Assembly (NCBI RefSeq): GCF_964355755.1
Contig: NC_092673.1
Span: forward strand, 35,399,648-35,463,647
Direction of reading: 5' to 3'
Source: Antedon mediterranea
Lineage: Eukaryota; Animalia; Echinodermata
Length of the DNA: 64,000 nucleotides
Both the position numbers and the translations under genes were made by a program. Below, piece by piece: positions 37,800 to 51,734 of this stretch (position 1 is its first letter; each line of letters opens with the position of its first letter). Below the pieces are notes generated by a model that did no database searches, had not been told where the DNA came from, and worked only from the letters and a program-made list of their open reading frames with translations.

Positions 37800-37926
37800 C
37801 CACATTTCAAAACCAAAACAATACTTAGTTTGCTGACAGTTCGTGAGTTGATTCAGTGTTGGACGGAGGGGAAGTATTTGATTGTAATATTAAACAGAAG
37901 TTTCTCAATCAGTTAAAAAATAACAG
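37800..37926 (+). other. SAPCD2: Probable non-coding first exon of SAPCD2 (start approximate)
   Basis: Donor cag|gtaatg at 37927 pairs with the acceptor at 38299. The transcription start cannot be fixed from sequence. Confidence 0.5.
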
Positions 37927-38303
37927 GTAATGTAGGCCATTTGATTTCACTGTTGACATTTTGTAATAAAGTGTGGAATGACCGAAGAATCTAATGTAGA
38001 CTGGTAGGCACGATGTTGTAATTTTTTAGTTAGCCTGTGTGACAGGCTATATGTAGCCATCGATGCATGCATGGAGTAACTTTAGTAAGCAGGAGCACTT
38101 GGTAGGCCAGCAACAAGTGGTGGTGTGTGGCTTACACTGAGATGATAGTTGGGTCTAAGTAAGAGGAAATTCTTTTCAATAAACGTCTATACATCATCAA
38201 TTATTTTTATTGTTGGTATTTAGTTTTGTGTGAGAATACACACCTATAACTTTATAAGTATATTAATAAAGGTTTTTTTTCATTTTTTATAAATTTCAGC
38301 ACA

Positions 38304-39024
38304 ATGATGGCTACTTTGGTGCCTCATAAACCGGTAGAGCACACTACCAACAACAACAACAACAACATAGTTTCTCCACCAAAATCACCTATTGATAACT
38401 TGCCTAAAGCATTTGTTTCGTCGTTAAAAGTACTGTTTGATATTCTTGACGAAGACAGAGATGGCATGATAGATCTTAAAGACATTGAAACCAGATGGAA
38501 AGGTGAAGATGTTATTGGAGTCCCCCGTGGCGTTTTAGAAGGGTTAAAAAAGGTTACCCCAAAAACCGGAAAGCTAAGTTTTGATCGTTTTTGCACAGGT
38601 TTAAAAATAGCGCTTATTAACAGTAGGTTTGAGAAGACGGCGAATGGTAAATCGTCGCATGAGGATAAACAACATCCGAACACAGCTACTGTACGTCCTA
38701 ACAACGCCATCTTGCCCATGCAGCGTGAACGTTCAAAAAGCGCTTCCCATTTGTTGAGAGGAAAGCCTCCCGGTCTTTTGGAGACGGATCTTGATAAAAC
38801 CGATCCAGGGCCGGATATAAAGAGACGTCAAAGAGACCATCCAATGCGCAGAAGTTTTGGACATTCTAATGGAGGCCCACGAAAGCCAATCGACTTTGAT
38901 GGGTGGATGAAGAAACAAGAGTATGGGCAGGTCCCTTCTTCACGAGTTTCGAGGAGTGTTTCGTCAATCATGAACCGTCCTCCAAGTCGTAACTCTCTTG
39001 ATGGCCAGTCAGGCATGAATCAAG
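38304..39024 (+). CDS. SAPCD2: Suppressor APC domain-containing protein 2 orthologue, first coding exon
   Basis: LPKAFVSSLKVLFDILD..G.IDL.DIETRWKG...PRGVLEGLKKVTP.TG.LSFDRF..GL matches the recalled SAPCD2 N-terminus. Acceptor at 38298-99 sits just before the ATG; donor g|gtatgt (phase 1). Confidence 0.92.
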
Positions 39025-39971
39025 GTATGTACAGTATTATATATTTATCAAATACAGTATTAAATGAATACCAAGTTCTAATGAATGCAGATGTATTTAA
39101 ATATTTGAATTTTATTTAGTTGTAATTCTTTAACTTTGATGTATAAATTATTTGTCAATAATATTCTTGCATGACAGATAAAAACCAAATGCTTAAATTT
39201 TCTCTCTTTAAATTTCTTTTCCAATGATAAAGTGCCTACTTTACATTTTCTGGAGACTAATTAATCACAACCTATTCATTAATTATACTTCGAAGTTAGT
39301 AGAGTGGATTTTAAAAACTTGTTTAGTATATTACAGTAAAGTAATTTATTGTGTTCAACTCTAACTTTTAACTTATAGGATAATGGGTTGATGCTGAATT
39401 ACAGTATATACTGTAGTCAAATTAATTTGGAAAATATAGTATACCACAAACATTTACATATACACATATTTTAAATTAAATATAGTATTGTAGAGTTATT
39501 TTGAGAATTAATTATAAGAAATACATTAATTATAAGAAATACTATATAAAACTGAAACAAAACGATTGTTGCATCAACACCAATTTTTGCTGTTCTAGTT
39601 CTATAAGGAAAGCAACATACTTAATAATAGTATTCTTCTTAATGCTTGTACTGTATTCCGGTTTTTTTAAAAGTAATATTTGTAAATTCTACATGATTAT
39701 ATTGGGTTATCATTTACACTATCTAATGATTTTGTTGAGCTGGTATTTTGGAGATTGATCATTTTCACACACTCATGCATATCATGCTTTGAACAAAGGT
39801 GCCAAGGAGCATTGATTAATAACTGTGGAATGTCAATCAATGAGACAGCTATTTATTGAAACAAAACACCTAATTGATGGCATTAACAACTGTTCATCTT
39901 TTATGTGTATCACTGTTTATTGTGTGTTATTCTCTCCTTTGTATAGCACTGTATGTCAATATAGTAATTAT

Positions 39972-40175
39972 TATTATACTATTATCTTTGTATAGTTTAT
40001 ATGTAGTATTATAGTACTCTATTATACTATTATCTTTGTATAGTTTATATGTAGTATTATAGTACTCTATTATACTATTATCTTTGTATAGTTTATATGT
40101 AGTATTATAGTACTCTATTATACTATTATCTTTGTATAGTGTATATGTAGTATTATAGTACTGTATTATACTATT
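39972..40175. repeat. 48-bp tandem repeat, about 4 copies
   Basis: tattatactattatctttgtatagtttatatgtagtattatagtactc repeated in tandem. Confidence 0.92.
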
Positions 40176-40546
40176 GTATACTGAACAATGAAGGGAATAG
40201 ATAAATACTGATACAAGAGTGTTTGCTGATGACAAGACAGATATCACAGTTAAAAGAACCCATGTTTGCTTTTCATCATTAAAGTTATATGGAATTCTGG
40301 TATATAACACATCCACCTTTCTCTGCCATACAAAAATTAATTAAAATTGCCTAAATGTTACCATGTCATGTGTACTAAAAATCACTATATTTACAACAAG
40401 ATTAAAACATAATTCATAAAATAACAAGAGGCTGTGTAATGTACTCTATTTACTACTGTAACAAGAGGCTGTGTAATGTACTCTATTTACTACTGTAACA
40501 AGAGGCTGTGTAATGTACTCTATTTACTACTGTAACAAGAGGCTGT

Positions 40547-43500
40547 TAGTACAGGCTATATGTGACATTTATCCTATGTAACCTTGAAAAAATTCTAATA
40601 AAAGGTCTTTTGGTATTTTCTTGTAGCTTTAGGTGTGAATAAATACCAAAAAATTTTTGCAGCCTTCTAGTTGCTGCGTTAGTGAGATATTGAGGGTCAA
40701 AGGTCAGTGACCTTTTTTGGCATTTGATGGCTCATAACTCCTCAACTCCTGGGTTTAAAAAGACAAATGTTGTGCCTACATCTATGTTTTAGTGGTCAAA
40801 CAACAAAATAATGTTTTTGCAAATTTCGTGTTACTTGTGCCATTGGTCAGATAGTCAGGTCAAAGGTCATTGACCTTCATTCATTCAACTACTGCTAGTG
40901 TAGGACCTGAGTAAGATTTGTATGCATTCAATTTAGGAGAGAATATCTCAACTGTTATAGGATAATTTGACCCCAAGGAACAATATGGGATATGTGTCAA
41001 ATTCGTTATCTGGGGCGAACATGCCCAAAATCGGGGTCAAAGGTTAGAAATGTGTGGTTCTTATATCTCGACAACCACTTGTCATACAGATTTGCTTTTG
41101 GTGTCAAATTGTTCAGAATATACATATTTATATTCAGTCTAACACAACTTTTACCCCAAAAAATGACCGGAAATGCTTTTACTGACCTTTGACCAAAAAA
41201 TGACCAAAAAACACATTTTCGGGTTAAATTATTCCATAAAATGTCAATGGACACACTGTAGGGTATAAAATGAAAGCATATACAATATGCTACCCATTGC
41301 TACCCAACTGGTATTAAACATTTTTAATTAGGAATATAACTTACATAACATAATTGACTTCAGTATTTAGAATTATTATTAATTTATCTTTATCAACTGG
41401 TACGACCTTTCCTGATGATTTGAAGTTGGGTCTAGTTACACTTATTTTAAAGACACCTTCACATACTTGCATGGCAAATTTTCAATCTATTTCTAATGTC
41501 GCTTTCTTATCTAAGATCCTTGAGAAATGCGTTGCTTTAGATCTCATACATTTTCTTGACGACAATAATCTGTTCGACCCTCTTCAATCAGCATATAGAA
41601 AGCGCCACAGTACAGAGTCAGCCATTCTCAAGGTGCATAATGATATTATTTTAGCTCTGGATAAAGGTAATTGTCTTTTTTCTGTGTACCTCGACCTGTC
41701 GGCAGCTTCTGATACCATGGACTATTCCATTATTATTGCAAGACTCTCGTCTATTGGTATCCGTGGATCTGCTCTAAATTAGTTCAAGTAATATTTGTCT
41801 TCTAGGAAGCAGCAGGCCCAGATTGGTAATGTCAAATCCACCTCTATCGACCTGAAATGCGGTGTTCCTCAAGGATCAATACTGGGTCCAGTATTGTTTT
41901 TAGTTTACACCTCGCCCATGAGTGATATCATTAAGCGACATTGTGTCCAATATCATGTGTACGCAGATGATACATCAGCTTTAATTCAGCAGAGTTTAAT
42001 GAGGCGAAGTCGGTTATCGAAGCTTGTGTTGTTGATGTTCAGGATTGGCTAACTAAAAACATGCTCTTTTTAACCCTGGTAAAACAGAAATCTTATTTAT
42101 TCATTCAAAACACTTCAAGAAATTGGCCATTGCTAGAAACATCAATCACATCATCGTTGGAGGTTAGATATATCGGAGTTGTATTTGACTCAGCAATGAT
42201 TATGTCCAGACATATCAACAACATTAGTAAATCTGATACCTACCACCTTCGTAACATAAGATCAATTCGCAAATCCTTAACCCACTCCTCGCTTATTAAA
42301 CTTGTCCATGCACTAATAACATCACGGTTAGACTACTGCAATGCCATTTTGTTTGGTCTACCAAATAAAGAACTTAATAAACTACAACTAATTCTTTTCT
42401 TTTTTATACCAAATATTTCATTACAACGCTAGAATTATTTCACCCAAAATAAACTTACATTAATTTATACTCATTTTTGTCTAAATTTAATAAAAGATAT
42501 ATGCATATTTTCCAAAAATAACATCACATAATTAAATACAAGTTAGGTAGCATATTGTATGTGCTTTCCTTTGATACCAAATATGTCTTTTCAAACATTT
42601 GAATTATTTAATATCATAAATAAACCAAAATAAATTATCTGGTAATGTATACCCATTTTTGTCAAAAAGCAATAAAATATGCACATTTTTCACCAAAGTA
42701 GCATCATAATTACAGATTTGTATTAAAAGTTGGATAGCAATGGATAGAATATTGTATGGGCTTTTATTTGATACCAAATAGTTCTTCCAAACACTTATTT
42801 AAAATTATTTAACATTATATAAATAAGCACAACAATTACGCTACTAAATATTCATTTTTTGTATAAAAGTAATCAAATTAGGCACATTTTCCATAAGATT
42901 AGATTCCTAATTAAAAAATGTTCAATACAAGTTGGGTAGCAATGGGTAGCATATTGTATATGCTTTCATTTGATACCATACAGTGTGTCCATTGACATTT
43001 TAAATAATAATTTAACCCGAAAATGTGTTTTTTGGTCAAAGGTCAGTAAAAGCATTTCCGGTCATTTTTTTGGGTAAAAGTTGTGTTAGACCGAATATAA
43101 ATATGTATATTTTGAACAATTTGACACCAAAAGCAAATCTGTATGACAAGTGGTTGTCGAGATATAAGAACGACACATTTCTAACCCTTGACCCCGATTT
43201 TGGGCATTTTCGCCCCAGATAACGAATTTGACACATATCCCATATTGTTCCTTGGGGTCAAATTATCCTATAACAGTTGAGATATTCTCTCCTAAATTGA
43301 ATGCATACAAATCTTACTCAGGTCCTACACTAGCAGTAGTTATTAATGAATAAAGGTCAATGACCTTTGACCCGACTATCTGACCAATGGCACAAGTAAC
43401 CCGAAATTTGCAAAAACTTTATTTTGTTGTTTGACCACTAAAACATAGATGTAGAAACCACATTTGTCTTTTTAAACCCAGGAGTTGAGGAGTTATGAGC

Positions 43501-43673
43501 CATCAAATGCCACAAAAAGGTCACTGACCTTTGACCCTCAATATCTCACTAACGCAGCAACTAGAAGGCTGCAAAAATTTTTTGGTAATTATTGACACCT
43601 AAAGCTACAAGAAAATACCAAAAGACCTTTTATTAGAATTTTTTCAAGGTCAAACCATATATAGCCTCTACTA
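40547..43673. mobile_element. 3.1-kb non-autonomous DNA transposon with ~780-bp TIRs and 3-bp TSD (tgt), Academ-like
   Basis: 40547-41335 is the near reverse complement of 42903-43673 (mirror ORFs 40992/43036 and 41006/43025). Termini are tagta.aggctatat / atatagcct.tacta. The host repeat gaggc-tgt-gtaatg shows tgt duplicated. Confidence 0.85.
41354..42395 (+). pseudogene. Degenerate LINE reverse transcriptase fragment, L2-type (CR1 group)
   Basis: Motifs SISNVAFLSKILEK, QSAYRKRHSTESA, LDLSAASDT, GVPQGSILGP, YADDT and LVHALITSRLDYCNAILFGLP, broken by a stop and frameshifts. Confidence 0.9.
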
Positions 43674-46600
43674 TGTGTAATGTACTCTATTTACTACTGT
43701 AACAAGAGGCTGTGTAATGTACTCTATTTACTACTGTAACAAGAGGCTGTGTAATGTACTCTATTTACTACTGTAACAAGAGGCTGTGTAATGTACTCTA
43801 TTTACTACTGTAACAAGAGGCTGTGTAATGTACTCTATTTACTACTGTAACAAGAGGCTGTGTAATGTACTCTATTTACTACTGTAACAAGAGGCTGTGT
43901 AATGTACTCTATTTACTACTGTAACAAGAGGCTGTGTAATGTACTCTATTTACTACTGTAACAAGAGGCTGTGTAATGTACTCTATTTACTACTGTAACA
44001 AGAGGCTGTGTAATGTACTCTATTTACTACTGTATTATGATGTTGAATAAATACATTTAGTTTTTGTACAAATTTGTGTACAACTCCTAATTAAAAATAA
44101 CCAAATAATATTCATTTATTTAAATGTCACTTTGACTAAAAATTGGATCAAGAAAAAAAATTACCTGAAAATTTGATCAAGAAATAGTCAAATTAACTGG
44201 AACTAAATAGGTTTTTGGTTTAATGTAACCGTTTATTTCTTTCTTTTTATAAGTGAGTTTTTAGTTTAATTTTTTGCGAAAGTGATTATTAACTTGATTA
44301 AAACTGCAAAAAACTGTACAAACTAACTGATGGAGAAAATTTATTAGTAATAATGAGTAATTTAGCTGCATTTTACCTACCATGATCATTTTGTATAAGA
44401 ACCCCATGTGCTGGGGTTTCTTTTGTTTATGATATCATTACAACACACCTGGATGTGTTTTGTGGTGACAAAGGTTGTTCATTGTGAGCTTGTTCCCTTC
44501 AAGGGCAGGTGGGCTTTGAAAACTATTATCCCTTTTATGCGCCTAGGTCATATACAACCCTTTGTTTTGTATTGTTTTAGGGGACCACATTTATCAACTT
44601 TCCAAATGAAATTGAAGTTCACTATTACTCATACAGGTTACTGATTAAATCTAAGTACTGTATTTAGTAGCATTTTATTATGCTTAAAATTGAGAAGTGG
44701 TACTAAGTAGTACCCAATCTAATTAGTTTCATTTCTCTCGCCAAGGTTTCCCTAATTCTCTTATTGTTAATACTGTTTTGACAAAGTTTTAAACGATTTA
44801 ATGATGAATGCAAAGAAAATGGAAAATATTTACCTAAGAGAAATAAATGTTTCAAGTTATTCATGAACCTTAATTTAGCTGGCAAGTTCAAAATGGCTTA
44901 CCAGATTAAAACTGTCTTAATCTGCAGTTTAAATACGCTTTTATGATAGTTTTTAAGAAATTGAAAACCACAGAACTTTTGTGCTTAGTATCAAATTCCC
45001 CATTAAGAGTTGAATGGCCCTATAGTATAATTTCTTTAACATTGTAAAATATTTCTTGCAATTTTAAACTACATGCACATTTTTTTCTTTAGGTTTTTGT
45101 GATTAAAGCATTTATAATTCAAAAGTTTTCTTTTCTGATGAATATTTAGAACATTTTTCTTTGAACATAATCAAACATTTCTAAAGGTGAACATATTGTA
45201 CTGTAACATTTTAATTATGCTACAGTATAAATTCAATTCAATTCAATTCAACTTTATTTCAGACAAACTGTCCATATGAAACATATAAATACAATAAAAA
45301 ATAATACAAAGCATTATGTGACAACCGTCATGGAGAGAGGACTAATAATTATTTGTTGACATATAGTGCCTCTTAAAATACATGTGGATTATGTTTTGGG
45401 ATTTATTGGATGTAGACTGTAGACATTATTATATTATTGATTACTATAGTTTACAAAACAACACATTATTATGGTTATACTGATACTAGTAAACACACGT
45501 AAAAGTATACATGAAATTATATATACAGAAGTTCAATCCATTTTCTACAGTATACTGTACATAATATATTGAAGACACTTTCACAACCAAATAATAATGG
45601 TATTTCCTGAGATGGGGTTGGGCATATTTTTGTATTTACCCCTTATACAGTAATAGAGGCGGGGTGTCCCTGAAATACAGGTTCTGGTTCTAATACGGAG
45701 AGAGGACAATTGTACATTATACAACGCTACATACATTATACAATAGCAAACTCTACTGTATACATGTTTAAAAGGATCAATTTCCAAACAAAGCGAAAGG
45801 AAAATTGTTAATGGTTGTAAAAAAACAAATACAGTAATTAGTGATTTATTATCAAAGATAAGCGGCCATTACTGTATTTACCGAGCTAATAAATAAACGG
45901 TGAAATTATTGCCCGCTTTTCAATGAAAGAAAATTAGCCTTTAGGGAGTTTATTAGTCACAGGTGTGTTATCGGCTTGATTTAAAGAACACAAAAACTTG
46001 TAAGAAATCAGTGAGCAATAGAAAGCCCCTTTACACTCATTAACTTTTTATTCAACTTCACCATGAAACAACAACGAATTCACTAAGCTATAAAATGAAT
46101 GAAAACACATAAACGTCTGCTACAGCGTTTGTGATCATGAACTCTTTCTGATTGAATAAAAGAAATAAATGGTATACAATTAAAGTGTGATGATATTGTT
46201 GTCTCAGCGTCTTCATAAAAGATAAAGTGTACCATCTGGTGGTGGTGATGTCTTCTACAAACAAACACATTTGTCCCTCAGCAGGTGTGTCATGAGTTCA
46301 TAGTAATAAGTTGAAAAATAGTAAAATAAGGATAATAGTAAATAAATGATAAAATAATTCATCATAAAGTTACATACAGTATTGTACTGTCTACAAGATT
46401 ATTTTATTTTTAATCCTTTTATTGCTCACTGTATTTTTTATTTCTTTTTATGTCCTGTAAATTATGAGTCTTTAAGAATGTGTGGCACTGACACAAAAGT
46501 TTTGTTTTGTTCAACAATGTTTCAAATATCAATAAAATGGTTCTTATATTTGTTCTTTTATAGCAAATAGTATAATTCATACCCCTTTCAACATTAAACA

Positions 46601-48508
46601 CTTTGTTTAATAAACTCCGCAGTGCTAGTACGATTTAAATCTATAAATCCCAGAGAAATTCCATTACATCAATCCTGCAACACTGGAGTTTTGCAATAAA
46701 AAAAAAACTCCTTACCTCGCCCTACTGTTGTTATGATCACTTATTGTCAAATAATTGAATATTCAACTGAGCGTACCTATTAAATTGCTGCCAAAAATGT
46801 CACAGATTCCAAATTCTATACCCTACGGTACTTGGTGCGTTTCTGTAGTTTGTTGGAAAATATGAAAGTGGTACAGTAGGTCCCTATGAAACAAGAACCT
46901 AAATCTTCTAATATTTTTACTTTATTTTCATAAATATTTTTAGCTAAATTATCAAAGGAATACAAATACAGTATTAGGAATCAACAGGTAGTCTTAAAAG
47001 AATGTAACTTTGGTATGTGACATACTTATGAAATGAGTAAATGACATTGATTAGAGATTGTTGGTGGCATTATCTCATTGTCCTTTAGATCCTATTTAAT
47101 ATCAAAGATCAAGATCAAGGGGATTTAAGTTTAAATTAGTTAAATCAAGTTTAATCCATAGGATTAGAAGATTATACATTCATCTACTGTACTGTATAAG
47201 AGCCATTACAGTACTACCACCATGTACTGTACAACCTAGGAATTTTCCTTTATTTTTAATAGAACAGGGACGTTATTACACTAGTTAAATCTAATTTTTC
47301 CACATACAGTGTACTGCAGTAACCTTTTTTATCTGTTTCATTATAAAATACACTAATACTACTGTAAGCCTAAATTTAGCAAAACTGGTTGTTGCATTCC
47401 AAATTAGATCATTTTTTGTAATCATTCATTAAAGTTAAGGAGAATTTAGATGCTTGGAATTTGGATGAGAGTTTGTAAATGTTGACATTAAGGAATAATG
47501 TTAATCTATCTACTGTATAGATTTCTATGTTAAAAGAGCACTAAGAATGTAGCAAAATATGAATCATTATTTTAAGCTGATGCCTGCCAAATATAATGTA
47601 CAGTACTTGTATGCAGTAATAATAAAATAAGTATAATTTGAACCTGTGAATGACCCCATAATGGAGTCGAAATGTCGTTCCTTTTTTATTATTATTTTCC
47701 CTTCAACTATCCATGTTGAAAATATTACCTAGAGAGGTTTCTATATAAATAGCAATTAATGTCAAATTATAGCAATAAAAATAATTGATTTCCAAAAGAT
47801 GTCATAAATTACCGTATTTCGATTAAAATATTGCCTGACCAAAAGTCAATGGCCACAAATGAAGAAATGAGGTCTCTGCTAAAAGTAGCATACTTATTGG
47901 CCAATTTTTTGCAACACTGATATTGCTATAATCATGTAGTGACCGTTTAATGACCGATACAAAGTGGTTAGTCATTGACTAAATATCAATACTTTAATGA
48001 CAACACAAAATATTAGGACATATGTTGAAGGTCTAATCAAATCATACAGTATACTGTATGTAAATTCATATAGTATTGAATGTGATTTTAGCGTAACTAA
48101 AATTTGACTATTGTACCAATATAAACTGAACTACTTTTATAAAAAATGTCTTAAAAAATAAAAGTTAAAAGACCTCAGAGTAACGGTGACAAATGACAAT
48201 CGTGTTAGGTGTATAAATTGAAAATACCATGATGCGAAAAACTTCTAAGCCAAGTTTTTAAAAGTGCACATGAATCTTAACAGAAAATAACAGTGGAGAA
48301 GAGCAACACCTCAGTAGCCATGATTTGATTCTCGATTCTTGTTTTGATTTTAGACATTGTCTTAAGTAAACAAAAAAAATCATGTTTTGATCAACTTTAC
48401 ACATAATTTATTCAATATACAGTACTGTAGAACCCATTAAATGGACACTTTTGGGACCCAAAATTGTCCCCTTAAAGAGCCGTTCCCTGAACCAATGTTG
48501 ACCGTACT

Positions 48509-49503
48509 GTTAAAACACATAATGCAGCTTGTCTGTTAGTGTTAAAACACATATTGCAGCTTGTCTGTTAGTGTTAAAACACATATTGCAGCTTGTCTGT
48601 TAGTGTTAAAACACATATTGCAGCTTGTCTGTTAGTGTTAAAACACATATTGCAGCTTGTCTGTTAGTGTTAAAACACATAATGCAGCTTGTCTGTTAGT
48701 GTTAAAACACATATTGCAGCTTGTCTGTTAGTGTTAAAACACATATTGCAGCTTGTCTGTTAGTGTTAAAACACATATTGCAGCTTGTCTGTTAGTGTTA
48801 AAACACATATTGCAGCTTGTCTGTTAGTGTTAAAACACATATTGCAGCTTGTCTGTTAGTGTTAAAACACATATTGCAGCTTGTCTGTTAGTGTTAAAAC
48901 ACATAATGCAGCTTGTCTGTTAGTGTTAAAACACATATTGCAGCTTGTCTGTTAGTGTTAAAACACATATTGCAGCTTGTCTGTTAGTGTTAAAACACAT
49001 AATGCAGCTTGTCTGTTAGTGTTAAAACACATATTGCAGCTTGTCTGTTAGTGTTAAAACACATAATGCAGCTTGTCTGTTAGTGTTAAAACACATAATG
49101 CAGCTTGTCTGTTAGTGTTAAAACACATATTGCAGCTTGTCTGTTAGTGTTAAAACACATAATGCAGCTTGTCTGTTAGTGTTAAAACACATAATGCAGC
49201 TTGTCTGTTAGTGTTAAAACACATATTGCAGCTTGTCTGTTAGTGTTAAAACACATAATGCAGCTTGTCTGTTAGTGTTAAAACACATATTGCAGCTTGT
49301 CTGTTAGTGTTAAAACACATAATGCAGCTTGTCTGTTAGTGTTAAAACACATAATGCAGCTTGTCTGTTAGTGTTAAAACACATATTGCAGCTTGTCTGT
49401 TAGTGTTAAAACACATATTGCAGCTTGTCTGTTAGTGTTAAAACACATAATGCAGCTTGTCTGTTAGTGTTAAAACACATAATGCAGCTTGTCTGTTAGT
49501 GTT
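48509..49503. repeat. 32-bp minisatellite, about 31 copies
   Basis: gttaaaacacata(t/a)tgcagcttgtctgttagt repeated in tandem. Confidence 0.97.
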
Positions 49504-51217
49504 AGTGAGAAAGTGTTTCAAAAGGTGGGATCCTACTTTACATTATATATTTTATAAATTACCTTTTAATAGTATTGTTTTTTACAGTATTATTATACAT
49601 TTTCAGTATAACCCACCGTTCCCAATAGAAGTTTGATTCACCGCTGATTCCACATATTATCGTTATTACGTTATTATGAATATGGATGTGCCATTGTGTT
49701 TTTGCAAAGTGATACCATGTAGAAAACAATAGTTGTTTTCCATTTCTAGTTCATTAGTTGTCTTACGTACATTTTTTCAAGAAACAATCAACGGTATGAA
49801 ATAGACCGTGACTATGAATACAAGTGACATCACTCTTCTGTGACAGTGATCGCAACAGCTGAAGAGACGTTAACATATTATTCCATAAATAGAATCAGTA
49901 GAATAGTTGTGTACAGATGAATTTATTAATTAACTGTACAGTACTTATTTCTCTATGGATTATTGTTTTTGTCCACAATTAATAGCAAAATGGTTTAATA
50001 AGTATGTTGTTTATTTTTTTCCTACAGTAGGAGTGAGGATGCCCAAAGTATATTGATCGAAATATCTGGCTCTTTTCAGAACTATATATAAGTGATGTAC
50101 CGCATAATTAACTAATATAGGATTAGAGTTTGGTAAAGGTATAAAGAATGGGTATGAAAAAATCGTTTTCTTGGTTGGTGCAATAAAGGTTTTTACTTTA
50201 AAGTGCCTTGTCACCACCATCATATCCAGGGTTCAAATCCTTGCTATGTCGCATACTAAGGAATGAGTAATTTCATACATCATCACCAAAACAGCAAATT
50301 TCCTAAACTTTTGAAACTCGGTAATTTGAAATAATTCAATTTCAATACTGGTTGTTTTGAAAGTCATCAATTTCTAAAATATGCTAATTAAATGCTAATT
50401 AAATGGTAATTTAAGTCATGTTGGCAGCACATTCCAAAGTTAATTACATAGGTTTCTGAATCCTATAGATAATTATTAGTGCCTTTATAAATTATTCATG
50501 AAAACTTAATGTTGATATCTCTGACGAAATCACAGTTATTTGTGTTTTGGTAAACAGTATGTCCCTTAGACTGTATCGAATTTTGTTTGCTTTTTTATGA
50601 GAACACTAAAAATATTTGTTTCTTGTGAACTTTATTGAATCAATCATAATATTTTTTTAGTCATAATAATGAAACCATAATAAGTGTAAATATTTATAAA
50701 ATATCTAAAATAAAATTTAGAATACAGTGCTTGCATACAAACAATTGGTTTAGTTGTCCATTTTTGCCATATTACCAATTTTTATTATTTACTATAACCT
50801 CATTGAACTTTAAATTCATAATTATAATACCGGTAATTACTCTGTTTACATATTATTCATAGTATTGACATAGTTAGCTATTAGTATTAGTGTCTGCAGC
50901 TTGTGGTATTTTGTGCTAAGATATCTTTGTTTAATCACAATTTAGTCTACAGTGTGGCGTGAACCAAGGTCTGTGTGTCTAGGGGAAGCTGTGAACATTT
51001 GGGGTATTACTGATCACTGATAACGTCAGCAACTGTTTTTAACTGAATAAATTTGCATGGATTGCTATTAACAGGGAAGTGCCCACAATGAACAGTCAGT
51101 GACATGCAGCCCTTCAACTTCCTACAGTATCTGATACTATTAAAGCTACTGTACACATGTAGCATTGGGTGTTCTCAATAAACCCTCTTCCAGGGCAGCA
51201 GTCAATGTACTGTATCC

Positions 51218-51514
51218 CACACTCAGTACTTCCCTGACGATTACAAAGATATTAATTCTACCAGGAAGTCTTTTTACAGTATTAAACTGCTCATCATAAA
51301 TATCTTTAGTACAGTATTTCAAAATGAAATAAACAATCATTTTTTATTATTAATTATTTCAATTTCACACTCAGTACTTCCCTGACAATTACAAAGATAT
51401 TAATTCTACCAGGAAGTCTTTTTACAGTATTAAACTGCTCATCATAAATATCTTTAGTACAGTATTTCAAAATGAAATAAACAATCATTTTTTATTATTA
51501 ATTATTTCAATTTT
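51218..51514. repeat. 148-bp tandem duplication, 2 copies
   Basis: cacactcagtacttccctgac... starts at 51218 and 51366; the copies are near identical. Confidence 0.93.
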
Positions 51515-51734
51515 CTTATGCAAGAATAATTAAAATTGAAAAATTGTTATACTGACAATAATTACCGTATATATAGTAAATAATAAGATATCTTGGTCTT
51601 TAGGAATACGTATCATTGGCTTGGAAGAGGTTTTTATAGTCATCTACTGTATGTAGGCTATAGTAAAGTAATTCATATTGATTGAAGATTTATTTTCAAT
51701 TACAATTTTGTTGTTAAACTTTTCACTCTATTTA

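Larger units (their letters stand above)
40422..44034. repeat. 37-bp minisatellite split by a transposon (40422-40546 and 43674-44034)
   Basis: aacaagaggctgtgtaatgtactctatttactactgt occurs on both sides of the insertion. Confidence 0.95.

Noticed and set aside
38324-39016. Antisense ORFs over the SAPCD2 exon
   Set aside because: They are shadow frames of the real exon. The ORF tail past 39024 is intron read-through.
40992-43236. Paired near-identical 65-82 aa ORFs on opposite strands as duplicated genes
   Set aside because: They are mirror translations of the transposon TIRs.
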